DNA of 64,000 nt from contig NZ_MWQY01000008.1 in the NCBI RefSeq assembly GCF_002087085.1, positions 1 to 64,000 on the forward strand. The letters run 5' to 3'. The notes below the pieces were generated by a model. That model was given only the letters and a program-made list of their open reading frames with translations. It ran no database searches and was not told the DNA's origin. Positions 9,593 through 18,361 of this stretch are shown here, one piece after another; position 1 is the first letter of the stretch; each line of letters starts with the position of its first letter. Made by a program: the position numbers and the translations under genes.

Positions 9593-11284
9593 CTATCCCC
9601 GGTTTTTCAGCTTCGCCCAGGTATCCTTTAATCCCACGGTGCGGTTGAAGACCGGGGCTTCCGGGGTGGAATCCAGGTCCACCGTATAGTATCCCTGACG
9701 CAGAAACTGGAAAATTCCTTCAATGGAACCGTTTTTCTCTCCCCTGGCAGCCTCCGCCAGGGCCGGTTCGAGCTTAACTCCCTGTACTATCTCCAGGGAA
9801 TCGGGATTCATGATCTCTGCAAAATCCCCATCATGTTCCCAGGGGCGTTCTTCACTGAAAAGTTCGCTGTAGTTCCTGACCTCCGCCTCAACGGCATGTC
9901 TGGCGCTGACCCAGTGGCTGGTTCCCCTGACCCTGCGTCCGTCTTCGCTCCAGCCGCCCCGGCTTTCGGGATCGTAGGTGCAGATGACCTCCGTCACCCG
10001 GCCGGAATCATCGGTCCGGTAGTCTGTGCAGGTTACATAGTAGGCGTGTTTAAGACGAATCTCGTTTCCCGGGGCAAGGCGGAAGAACTTCTTCGGAGGA
10101 TCCACCATAAAGTCCTCCTCCTCGATGTAGAGATCACGGCAGAAGGGGATCTTTCTGCTTCCCGCCTCCGGGTCCTCCGGGTTGTTCTCCCCGTCGAACC
10201 ACTCCACCTGGTCCTCCGGATAGTTGCTTATGGTCAGCTTCAGGGGCTTGAGAACCGCCATTCTCCTGAGGGAACGACGGTTAAGGTCTTCCCGCAGACA
10301 GTATTCCAGCTGTCCCGAATCGATAATGCTGTGGGCCTTTGAAATGCCGATCATCTCCACAAAGGCCTTGATTGCTTCCGGAGTATAGCCCCGGCGGCGC
10401 AGGCCCCGGATCGTGGGGACTCTGGGGTCGTCCCAGCCGGAGATCAGACCGTCTTTCATCAGACGGACGTAGAAGCGTTTTGATAAAAGGGTATTGGTTA
10501 TCTGCAGACGGGAGAACTCAATCTGCCGGGGACGATGAACCGGGAGCTGTTCCAGAAACCAGTCATACAGAGGACGGTGATCCTCGAACTCCAGGGTACA
10601 GAGGGAGTGGGTGATCCCCTCGAAGGAGTCTTCAAGGCCATGGGCCCAGTCGTACATGGGGTAGATGCACCAGGCATCCCCCTGACGGTAATGGGCAGCG
10701 TGCTGAATGCGGTACATCACCGGGTCCCGCATGTTGATGTTGCCGGAGCTCATGTCTATTTTTGCCCGAAGGACCCGTTCTCCGTCGGGGAACTCCCCTT
10801 TGCGCATGCGCCGGAAGAGATCGAGGTTCTCCTCCGCGCTCCGGTTGCGGTAGGGACTCTCCCTGCCGGGCTCGGTCAGGGTCCCCCGGTACTCCCGGAT
10901 CTCGTCGGCGGAAAGGTCATCCACGTAGGCCAGGCCTTTTTTTACAAGCTCCTCCGCGAGTTCATACATCCGTTCAAAGTAATCCGAGGCGAAGGTAAGA
11001 TTGGCCCACTGATATCCGAGCCAGAGGACGTCCTCCTGGATCCCGTCTATAAACTCCTGTTCCTCTTTGAGGGGATTGGTATCGTCCATGCGCAGATTGC
11101 AGTAACCGCCGTAGCGCCGGGCAGTCTCGAAATCGACATAGATGGCTTTGGCGTGGCCTATGTGCAGGTAGGCATTCGGTTCAGGAGGAAAACGGGTTAC
11201 AATCCTGTCGGGTACTTTTCCTGCGGCAAGGTCGCTGTCCACGGCCTCCCAGATAAAGTTTGTTCTGGTATCAGCATCGCTCAT
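9593..11284 (-). CDS. glnS: Glutamine--tRNA ligase
   Basis: [43 protein letters not shown]. Start moved to the ATG at 11284, which follows an AGAGGAG RBS. Confidence 0.95.
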   Translation of the reverse strand: MSDADTRTNFIWEAVDSDLAAGKVPDRIVTRFPPEPNAYLHIGHAKAIYVDFETARRYGGYCNLRMDDTNPLKEEQEFIDGIQEDVLWLGYQWANLTFASDYFERMYELAEELVKKGLAYVDDLSADEIREYRGTLTEPGRESPYRNRSAEENLDLFRRMRKGEFPDGERVLRAKIDMSSGNINMRDPVMYRIQHAAHYRQGDAWCIYPMYDWAHGLEDSFEGITHSLCTLEFEDHRPLYDWFLEQLPVHRPRQIEFSRLQITNTLLSKRFYVRLMKDGLISGWDDPRVPTIRGLRRRGYTPEAIKAFVEMIGISKAHSIIDSGQLEYCLREDLNRRSLRRMAVLKPLKLTISNYPEDQVEWFDGENNPEDPEAGSRKIPFCRDLYIEEEDFMVDPPKKFFRLAPGNEIRLKHAYYVTCTDYRTDDSGRVTEVICTYDPESRGGWSEDGRRVRGTSHWVSARHAVEAEVRNYSELFSEERPWEHDGDFAEIMNPDSLEIVQGVKLEPALAEAARGEKNGSIEGIFQFLRQGYYTVDLDSTPEAPVFNRTVGLKDTWAKLKNRG

Positions 11285-11384
11285 GTACGAACTCCTCTCT
11301 ATTTCTCCAATGGCTGTCGATTTTTTCAGCTGCATTGTAAATTAAAGAGGAGGACGTTACAAGCGAAGGAACATATCCTCCGTA

Positions 11385-11873
11385 CTAGTCCCCCCGGTCC
11401 ACCGCTGTTTCCGGCACTACCAGAACAGGACACGAAGCCCGGCGCACAAGTTCAGAGTCGACGCAGCCGAACAGCAGCTTGTAAAATGCACCGTGGGCAT
11501 GGGCACCCACTACTATCATGTCGACGCCCCGTTCCTCGGCGGTTTCCAGGATAGCCTGTGCGGGGTCTCCGGTCATCAGAACGGCTTCGACATTCAGCCC
11601 GTCACCCTTGAGCTGCTTTTCGATAAGATCGAGGGCGTGTTTATCATTCTTGAGCTGTTCGACCTCGATCTCCCTGCGCACGGATTCATCCAGTCCGAAT
11701 CCCAGGATACCGTGGTAGGTGTAGCCGGGAGAATAGTAGATATAGCCCGTCTGGGGTGGTTCCGTGTGAAGAAGCAGCAGTTTTGCCTGCCATGCCTTGG
11801 CCAGGTCCGAACCGTAGCGCAGAACCGGACCGCTGAGATCGGAGAAGTCATGGGCGATTAATATGGTCTTCAT
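11385..11873 (-). CDS. Universal stress protein (UspA family)
   Basis: KTILIAHDFS, GDPAQAIL, DMIVVG, CPVLVVP. Confidence 0.9.
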   Translation of the reverse strand: MKTILIAHDFSDLSGPVLRYGSDLAKAWQAKLLLLHTEPPQTGYIYYSPGYTYHGILGFGLDESVRREIEVEQLKNDKHALDLIEKQLKGDGLNVEAVLMTGDPAQAILETAEERGVDMIVVGAHAHGAFYKLLFGCVDSELVRRASCPVLVVPETAVDRGD

Positions 11874-11953
11874 GGTGTTCCTCCTTGCCTCACATTAAAG
11901 GTAAACGCCGGAGCGCCGGTTTGGCAAGGATAAAACACCAGAAGTGTCCGGGC

Positions 11954-12496
11954 TCAGGGTTCCAGGATTTCCGGCGGGTCTTCTCCTTCCGGAACAAAGA
12001 TCAGGGCATCGGAGTTGATGCAGAAGCGCAGGCCCGTGGGATCAGGACCATCGGTAAAAACATGCCCGAGATGGGCGCCGCTCAGGGAATCCACCACCTC
12101 GATACGCCGCATAAAAAGGGAATTGTCCGCGATCAGGGTAACGGCATCCTTGTCGATGGGAGCGTAAAAGCTGGGCCATCCGCTGCCGGAGTCATATTTT
12201 GTATCGGAACTGAAGAGGGGCTGACCTGTGGCGGCGGAGTAGTAGGTTCCCTTCTCATAGAACTTGTCGTACTTGCCGCTGAAGGCATATTCGGTACCTT
12301 CTTCGCAGAGAATGTAGTACTGATCATCCGTCAGACGCTGTCTCCACTCTACTTCCGACAGCTGCACCGGAAAATCGATCTCCTCCTTGTCCGTATGCAC
12401 CGTATACCCCTGAAGCCCGCGGGTCTTCGATTCGGCAACGAGAATAAGCCCGGGTAACAGCAGAAGCAGAACCAGGGCGATACTGAAACGTCTCAT
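11954..12496 (-). CDS. msrB: Exported peptide-methionine (R)-S-oxide reductase
   Basis: GTE, SGSGWPSF, HLGHVF.DGP.PTGLRFCINS. Start at MRRFSIAL after a GGAGG RBS, with a signal peptide. Confidence 0.9.
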   Translation of the reverse strand: MRRFSIALVLLLLLPGLILVAESKTRGLQGYTVHTDKEEIDFPVQLSEVEWRQRLTDDQYYILCEEGTEYAFSGKYDKFYEKGTYYSAATGQPLFSSDTKYDSGSGWPSFYAPIDKDAVTLIADNSLFMRRIEVVDSLSGAHLGHVFTDGPDPTGLRFCINSDALIFVPEGEDPPEILEP

Positions 12497-12661
12497 AGAG
12501 TCCTCCTTGGGATCTTCCCGTCGGTAAATTTCCATATTTACGACTATAAAAGTCAAATTAATTCTGGAATCGCCCCGGCGGGAGCCCCCTGACAAAACCG
12601 GCGGGATGGTCTATAGTGGGTCCTTGGGAACATAACAAACACATTTCCAGGGAGCTTGATA

Positions 12662-13807
12662 ATGCAAATTGTACAGAAGAAAACCACACCGGCGCTCAGA
12701 TCGATAGTGATTGTGCTGGTATTACTTTTAATCCTGGCGACTCCTGCCTTTGCCGGCGGGAACAAGGAGAAGGCAGCGGAGAACCAGGGAAAAACGGAAC
12801 AGGCTGCTGAAGCTTCACAGCCGGAGAACCAGAACGGAGACCAGGCCGGGAGCGCGGAAAATTCAAATAAAAAGCGCAGTACCCTGGCGGTCGCTTCCGG
12901 TGGAGCGGTAGCCTCGGTAAACGGGGAAGTCATTACCGAAGATGCCTTCAACGCCCAGATTGAAAACCTGCGGAAGAGCTACCGTGCCCAGCGTGGCAGC
13001 GATATCCCCGCCCAGGAGCTGGATAAACTGAAGAAACAGGTCGTTCAGGCCATGATAACAAAGAACGTGCTGCTGCAGAATTTCCGTGAACTCGGCTTCT
13101 CCGTTGATCCCGACAGGGTTGACAGGGAGATTCAGAATGTAAAAGACAATTACGGCTCCGAGGCGGAGTTCGAGAAGTCCATGGCCGACCAGGGTTACGA
13201 CATGGAACGGCTCAGGAAAGAGATTACCCAGAGCCTGCAGGTTTTCATGGTCCAGCAGCATGTGGTGGAAGACGTGGAAGTGACCGACGAGGAGATGCGC
13301 CGGGCCTACAACTCGAATGTCGACCAGATCGCCCAGCCTGAAACCGTTCGTGCCCGCCACATCCTGGTAAGCCTGGAGGAAGGCGCCACGGAAGAGGACA
13401 AGGCGGCGGCCCGGGAAAAGATCGAGGCTATTCAGGAAGAGCTTGCCGCGGGTGCGGATTTTGCCGAGCTGGCAAAGGAGAAGTCCGAGGGCCCCAGCAG
13501 CAAGAACGGCGGCGACCTGGGGTATTTTTCAGCCGACAAGATGGTCCCCAGCTTCTCCGACGCAGCCTTTGCCCTGCAGCCCGGCGAGGTAAGCGGCATC
13601 GTGGAGACCCGCTTCGGCTACCATATAATCAAGCTGGAGGACCGCAAGGACGCCTGGCTGCCCAGCTTTGACGAGGTAAAAGAGCATTTAAGGCCCCAGC
13701 TGGAACAGCAGAAGGCCCAGATGGTTTTCCAGGAGTATGTTCAGCAGCTGCAGGGTAAGGCGGAAATCGAGATTCTGCGCCCCGACCTGAAGCCGGAACA
13801 GCAATAA
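12662..13807 (+). CDS. Parvulin-type peptidyl-prolyl isomerase (PrsA/SurA-like foldase)
   Basis: Signal peptide, SurA-N-like region (VNGEVIT), RARHILV, FAELAKEKS, GGDLG, ETRFGYHII. Confidence 0.9.
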   Translation: MQIVQKKTTPALRSIVIVLVLLLILATPAFAGGNKEKAAENQGKTEQAAEASQPENQNGDQAGSAENSNKKRSTLAVASGGAVASVNGEVITEDAFNAQIENLRKSYRAQRGSDIPAQELDKLKKQVVQAMITKNVLLQNFRELGFSVDPDRVDREIQNVKDNYGSEAEFEKSMADQGYDMERLRKEITQSLQVFMVQQHVVEDVEVTDEEMRRAYNSNVDQIAQPETVRARHILVSLEEGATEEDKAAAREKIEAIQEELAAGADFAELAKEKSEGPSSKNGGDLGYFSADKMVPSFSDAAFALQPGEVSGIVETRFGYHIIKLEDRKDAWLPSFDEVKEHLRPQLEQQKAQMVFQEYVQQLQGKAEIEILRPDLKPEQQ

Positions 13808-13833
13808 ATCTCCAAAGCTGTGGAATTATTTAC

Positions 13834-13861
13834 ACCGCTCCCCTTTCGGGAGCGGTTTTTT
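13834..13861 (+). terminator. Rho-independent terminator
   Basis: ACCGCTCCC-CTTTC-GGGAGCGGT hairpin plus T tract. Confidence 0.85.
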
Positions 13862-13927
13862 ATTGACTTACAAAAGCCATATGCTCTATCTTGATAGAAA
13901 TTAACGAATTCCTGAGGAGAACAGAGA

Positions 13928-14674
13928 ATGTTTAAAAGAATCGCACTTGTTTTTATGATTTCTTTAATTGGTTTCGCCCTTTTTGCCGGCGGACAGCAGG
14001 ACGACAACATGTATGTCTTCGCCTCCGACGTGGCCTGGGCCCCCATGGAGTTTGTAGACGAGAACGGCGATATGGTAGGCTTTGACATCGACCTGATGGC
14101 GGCCATTGCCGAAGAAGCCGGCTTCGAATACGAAATCCGCAACACCGCCTGGGACGGAATTTTTGCAGGACTCGCCAATGGTGCCTATGACGGAGTTATC
14201 TCCTCGGTAACCATTACAGACGACCGTAAAAAAGCCATGGACTTTTCCGAGCCCTACATCAATGCCGGTCAGGTACTGATTGTCCGCAAGGAGCTCAACG
14301 GAGTTACAAGCCTTGCCGACATGAAGGGCATGAAGGTAGGCGTCCAGAACGGCACCACCGGCGACTTTGTCGTGGAAGACGCCGAAGGGGTTGAGCGCCG
14401 GGCCTATGACGAGATCGGTTTTGCCGTGGAAGACCTGATGAACGGTAATGTCGAGGGTGTTGTCTGCGATTCTCCTGTAGCTGCCGACTATGTGCTTCAG
14501 AACAAGAACTACAAGGGTGCCCTGAAGATCGTCGGCGAACCCTTTACCGAAGAATACTATGGAATCGCTGTTCAGAAGGGAAACACCGAGCTGCTGAACA
14601 AGATCAACGCCGGCCTGAAAAAGATCATTGAATCCGGCAAGCGGGACGAGCTGATCGATAAATGGCTGCGATAG
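13928..14674 (+). CDS. Polar/basic amino-acid ABC transporter substrate-binding protein
   Basis: PMEF, GFDIDL, TITDDRK, DFSEPY, VGVQNGTT, YGIAV. Confidence 0.92.
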   Translation: MFKRIALVFMISLIGFALFAGGQQDDNMYVFASDVAWAPMEFVDENGDMVGFDIDLMAAIAEEAGFEYEIRNTAWDGIFAGLANGAYDGVISSVTITDDRKKAMDFSEPYINAGQVLIVRKELNGVTSLADMKGMKVGVQNGTTGDFVVEDAEGVERRAYDEIGFAVEDLMNGNVEGVVCDSPVAADYVLQNKNYKGALKIVGEPFTEEYYGIAVQKGNTELLNKINAGLKKIIESGKRDELIDKWLR

Positions 14675-15459
14675 ACCAGCCGGCAAAGGGCACCAGGATC
14701 GAGGTAACCGACGGTGCCCTTCTGCCCGTAAAAAGCGAACGGGGTATCCTGAACTCCTGGAGGGTTACCTTTGTTTTTTCCATTGTCATGCTGGCGATCC
14801 TCTTTTTCTTTTATGAGGATCCCTACTCCCAGATTGTCTATGTTGTTGCCAAGGGAATCCCCATAACCTTCAATGTCACAGTTTTCGCGATCCTCGGCTC
14901 AATCTTCATCGGTCTCTTTGCAGGACTCGGCCAGATTTCCCGGGTACGCATCGTCAACCTGATCGCCGGGGTCTATATCGAACTGATCCGGGGTATTCCC
15001 CTCCTGGTGCAGCTGATCTTTATCTATTACGCCCTGGGACGTTTCTTCAAGATCGAGGGAGCGGTGGCTGCGATTATCGCTCTCTCCATCTGTTACGGCG
15101 CCTATATGGGGGAGATCTTCCGGGCGGGAATTCAGTCCATCCCCAAGGGGCAGATGGAAGCTGCTCTTGCCCTGGGACTCTCCCGGGGACAGGCCATGCG
15201 CCTGGTAATACTGCCCCAGACCATCAAGATAATCCTCCCGGCCATCGGCAACGAGTTCATAGCCATGCTCAAGGACTCTTCCCTGGTTTCGGTCATCGCC
15301 CTCCGGGATATTCTCCGGCGGGGGCGGGAATACATAGCCAGAACCTTTCTGTCCCTGGAGACCATGGCCATAGTCGCCCTGGTGTATCTGGTAATTACCC
15401 TTGTGCTCTCCAAACTTGTTGCTATACTTGAAGACAGGATGAAGACCAGTGAAACCTAG
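14662..15459 (+). CDS. Amino-acid ABC transporter permease
   Basis: [33 protein letters not shown]. Confidence 0.93.
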   Translation: MAAIDQPAKGTRIEVTDGALLPVKSERGILNSWRVTFVFSIVMLAILFFFYEDPYSQIVYVVAKGIPITFNVTVFAILGSIFIGLFAGLGQISRVRIVNLIAGVYIELIRGIPLLVQLIFIYYALGRFFKIEGAVAAIIALSICYGAYMGEIFRAGIQSIPKGQMEAALALGLSRGQAMRLVILPQTIKIILPAIGNEFIAMLKDSSLVSVIALRDILRRGREYIARTFLSLETMAIVALVYLVITLVLSKLVAILEDRMKTSET

Positions 15460-16180
15460 AATTCGAATAGAGGAGGCCGTAAAGAATTTCGGCCACGTAC
15501 AGGCTCTGAAGGGCGCCAGCCTGGAGGTTCAGCCGGGAGAGGTCGTTCTGATCATCGGTCCTTCCGGTTCCGGGAAAAGCACCCTGCTCCGCAGCGTCAA
15601 CCGGCTTGAACGCCTGACCAGCGGCCATATCTGGATAGACGACGACCGCGTTTCCGGACCAAAGGCGGATATCCGGCGCATTCGTGAAGAGGTGGGCATG
15701 GTTTTCCAGAGTTTCAATCTCTTTCCCCATCTCAGGGTACTGGACAATATCAGCCTGGGCCCCCGGAACGTCAAAAAAACCGCGAAGTCCGCCGCGGAGG
15801 AAAAATCCAGGGCCCTGCTCAAGAAGGTCGGACTTTCCGAAAAGGAACAGGCCTGGCCGGAACAGCTCTCCGGCGGACAGCAGCAGCGGGTCGCCATAGC
15901 CCGCGCCCTGGCGATGGAACCGAAGGTCATGCTTTTCGACGAACCCACTTCCGCCCTGGATCCGGAGATGATCAAGGAGGTACTGGATGTCATGCTGGCT
16001 CTCGCCCAGGAGGGAATGACCATGCTGGTGGTTTCCCATGAGATGGGTTTTGCCCGTGCAGCCGCGGACAAGGTCGTTTTTATGGACGAAGGACAGATCG
16101 TAGAGCTTGGCCCGCCGGATCAGCTTTTCAATTCTCCCAGAGAAGAACGTACCCAGCGTTTCCTGAAACACATTTTATAG
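15449..16180 (+). CDS. Amino-acid ABC transporter ATP-binding protein (GlnQ-like)
   Basis: [32 protein letters not shown]. Confidence 0.93.
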   Translation: MKPRIRIEEAVKNFGHVQALKGASLEVQPGEVVLIIGPSGSGKSTLLRSVNRLERLTSGHIWIDDDRVSGPKADIRRIREEVGMVFQSFNLFPHLRVLDNISLGPRNVKKTAKSAAEEKSRALLKKVGLSEKEQAWPEQLSGGQQQRVAIARALAMEPKVMLFDEPTSALDPEMIKEVLDVMLALAQEGMTMLVVSHEMGFARAAADKVVFMDEGQIVELGPPDQLFNSPREERTQRFLKHIL

Positions 16181-16204
16181 ACTATCCTTAAAGGAGGTGG
16201 AGTC

Positions 16205-18100
16205 ATGCCCGATACCCTTCCCAAACGAATACTGCATTTTGCGGAAAAGCACCCGGAGGCAGTTATCCAGTACACGAAGGACGAAACCGGTACCTTTCAG
16301 CCGACGACATTTCCGGTATTCGTCCGGGAGTTCAAGGCCTTTGCTGCGGGACTGCATAACCTGGGAGTCAAAAAAGGAGACCATGTCGGGCTGATCAGCG
16401 AAAACCGCAAGGAATGGCTGATCAGCGATATAGGTATTCTCGCCCTGGGAGCTGCCGACGTCCCCCGGGGCTGCGATTCCACCGCCGAAGAAATAAGCTA
16501 TATTCTCTCCTTCTCCGAGTGCCGGGTGATCATCATTGAAAACGAGGCCCAGCTGGCCAAGATCAACGCCCACAAAAAAGAGCTGGGTCACCTGAAGCAT
16601 ATCATCCTGATCGACGCCGGGGTAAACCCGGAAGGCTGGCTGGGGGTCAAACTCCACAGTTTTGCCGAGGTACTGGAAAACGGAAAGGAACTGTACGACA
16701 AACGCCCCGAACAGGTGGATACGAGCATCCAGGAGGGCGACAGGGACGACATTGCCACTCTCATCTTTACCTCCGGCACCACCGGAGTTCCCAAGGGAGT
16801 AATGCTCACCCACGGAAATTTTCTCCATCAGGTGGAAAACGTACCGAAGCTGATCAACACCGGTCTCGGGGACATCTGGCTTTGTGTACTGCCGGTATGG
16901 CACTCCTTTGAACGGATCATGCAGTACGTGGCCACCGGCTGGGGGTCAGCCCTGGCCTATTCCAAACCCGTCGGCAAGATCATGCTCGCCGATATGCAGC
17001 AGATAAAACCGACGTGGATGGCTTCGGTCCCCCGTATATGGGAGGCCGTACAGGCTGGAATATATCGGAACATCAACAAGGAGGGAGGAGCCAAGAAACT
17101 TCTCTTCTACTTCTTCGTCGCCGCCGCCGGAGCCTGGACAGGATTCAGGAACCGGCTGTACGGACTGCTGCCGGAATTCAAAAAGCGGATCCGGGTGCTG
17201 GATATCCTGATCGCTGTTCTCCCCTTCCTTCTGCTCTACCCTATCAAAGCCCTTGGAGATCTCCTGGTCTTCTCGAAAATCAAGGCCAAGCTGGGGGGAA
17301 ATTTCGTGGCCGGCATTTCCGGCGGCGGAGCCCTGCCTAAATCGGTGGACCGCTTCTTTTCTGCTGCAGGGATTCTGCTTCTTGAAGGCTACGGCCTGAC
17401 AGAGACCGCCCCTGTATTGGGAGTCAGGGACCAGAAGCATCCCGTTCCCGGAACAATCGGTCCGGTTTTTCCCGGTACAGTGATCGAAATCCGCGATGAG
17501 GAAGGAAATATACTGCCCCCGGGGCACAAGGGAATCGTATTTGCCCGGGGCCCCCAGGTAATGAAGGGCTATTTCAAACAGCCGGAACTGACCAGGGCGA
17601 TACTTTCTCCCGACGGCTGGCTCAATACCGGTGACCTCGGTATGCTGACCTGGCACAACGAACTCGCGATAATGGGCCGTGTCAAGGATACCATCGTCCT
17701 TCGGGGAGGAGAAAACGTGGAACCCCTGCCCATCGAGCAGAAGATGCAGGAATCTCCCTATATTTCCCAATCCATGCTGCTGGGGCAGGACCAGAAATAC
17801 CTGGCAGCCCTGATTGTGCCGGATTTTGAGGCCCTCCAGGACTATGCCTCCCAGAACAACCTGAGTTTTATGGACAGGGAGGATCTGCTGGGCAGCCCGG
17901 AAATAGAGGAGCTCATTAACGGGGAAATTCAGGAACGAATCAACGGAAAAAGCGGTTTCAAGTCCTTTGAGAGGGTCAACCGCTTCCGTCTTCTGACCAA
18001 GCCCTTCGAGGTTGGTGATGAGCTCTCCCAGAAGCAGGAAATCAAACGCCATGTCATCAACGAAAAGTACGAAAAGCTCATTCAGGAAATTTTTTCCTGA
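16205..18100 (+). CDS. Long-chain fatty acid--CoA ligase
   Basis: FTSGTTGVPKG, EGYGLTET, TGDLG, GRVKD..GENVEP. Confidence 0.9.
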   Translation: MPDTLPKRILHFAEKHPEAVIQYTKDETGTFQPTTFPVFVREFKAFAAGLHNLGVKKGDHVGLISENRKEWLISDIGILALGAADVPRGCDSTAEEISYILSFSECRVIIIENEAQLAKINAHKKELGHLKHIILIDAGVNPEGWLGVKLHSFAEVLENGKELYDKRPEQVDTSIQEGDRDDIATLIFTSGTTGVPKGVMLTHGNFLHQVENVPKLINTGLGDIWLCVLPVWHSFERIMQYVATGWGSALAYSKPVGKIMLADMQQIKPTWMASVPRIWEAVQAGIYRNINKEGGAKKLLFYFFVAAAGAWTGFRNRLYGLLPEFKKRIRVLDILIAVLPFLLLYPIKALGDLLVFSKIKAKLGGNFVAGISGGGALPKSVDRFFSAAGILLLEGYGLTETAPVLGVRDQKHPVPGTIGPVFPGTVIEIRDEEGNILPPGHKGIVFARGPQVMKGYFKQPELTRAILSPDGWLNTGDLGMLTWHNELAIMGRVKDTIVLRGGENVEPLPIEQKMQESPYISQSMLLGQDQKYLAALIVPDFEALQDYASQNNLSFMDREDLLGSPEIEELINGEIQERINGKSGFKSFERVNRFRLLTKPFEVGDELSQKQEIKRHVINEKYEKLIQEIFS

Positions 18101-18128
18101 TCTCCTGAACACGGTCATCGTTCCGGTT

Positions 18129-18164
18129 AAGAACCCCGAGGAGCACTTCTTCGGGGTTCTTTTT
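18129..18164 (+). terminator. Rho-independent terminator
   Basis: AAGAACCCCGA...TCGGGGTTCTT hairpin plus T tract. Confidence 0.8.
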
Positions 18165-18234
18165 AGTTTGTAGTGCCTTGGTTCACAATAAAAAGAATCT
18201 CTTTGCTCATATATGACCAAAAAGATCAAAATGA

Positions 18235-18263
18235 TTGACCAATGCAACATTATAGGGTATGCT
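18235..18263 (+). promoter_or_regulatory. sigma70-type promoter of the ndh2 operon
   Basis: TTGACC-17 bp-TATGCT. Confidence 0.6.
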
Positions 18264-18361
18264 TTTTAATTGAAAAGATATAGTATTACGAATATACGAT
18301 TCTCATTGTATTTCTGGTCCCTGGTAATTACAATGAAGATGTCAAGAAGGAGTTACACTGC

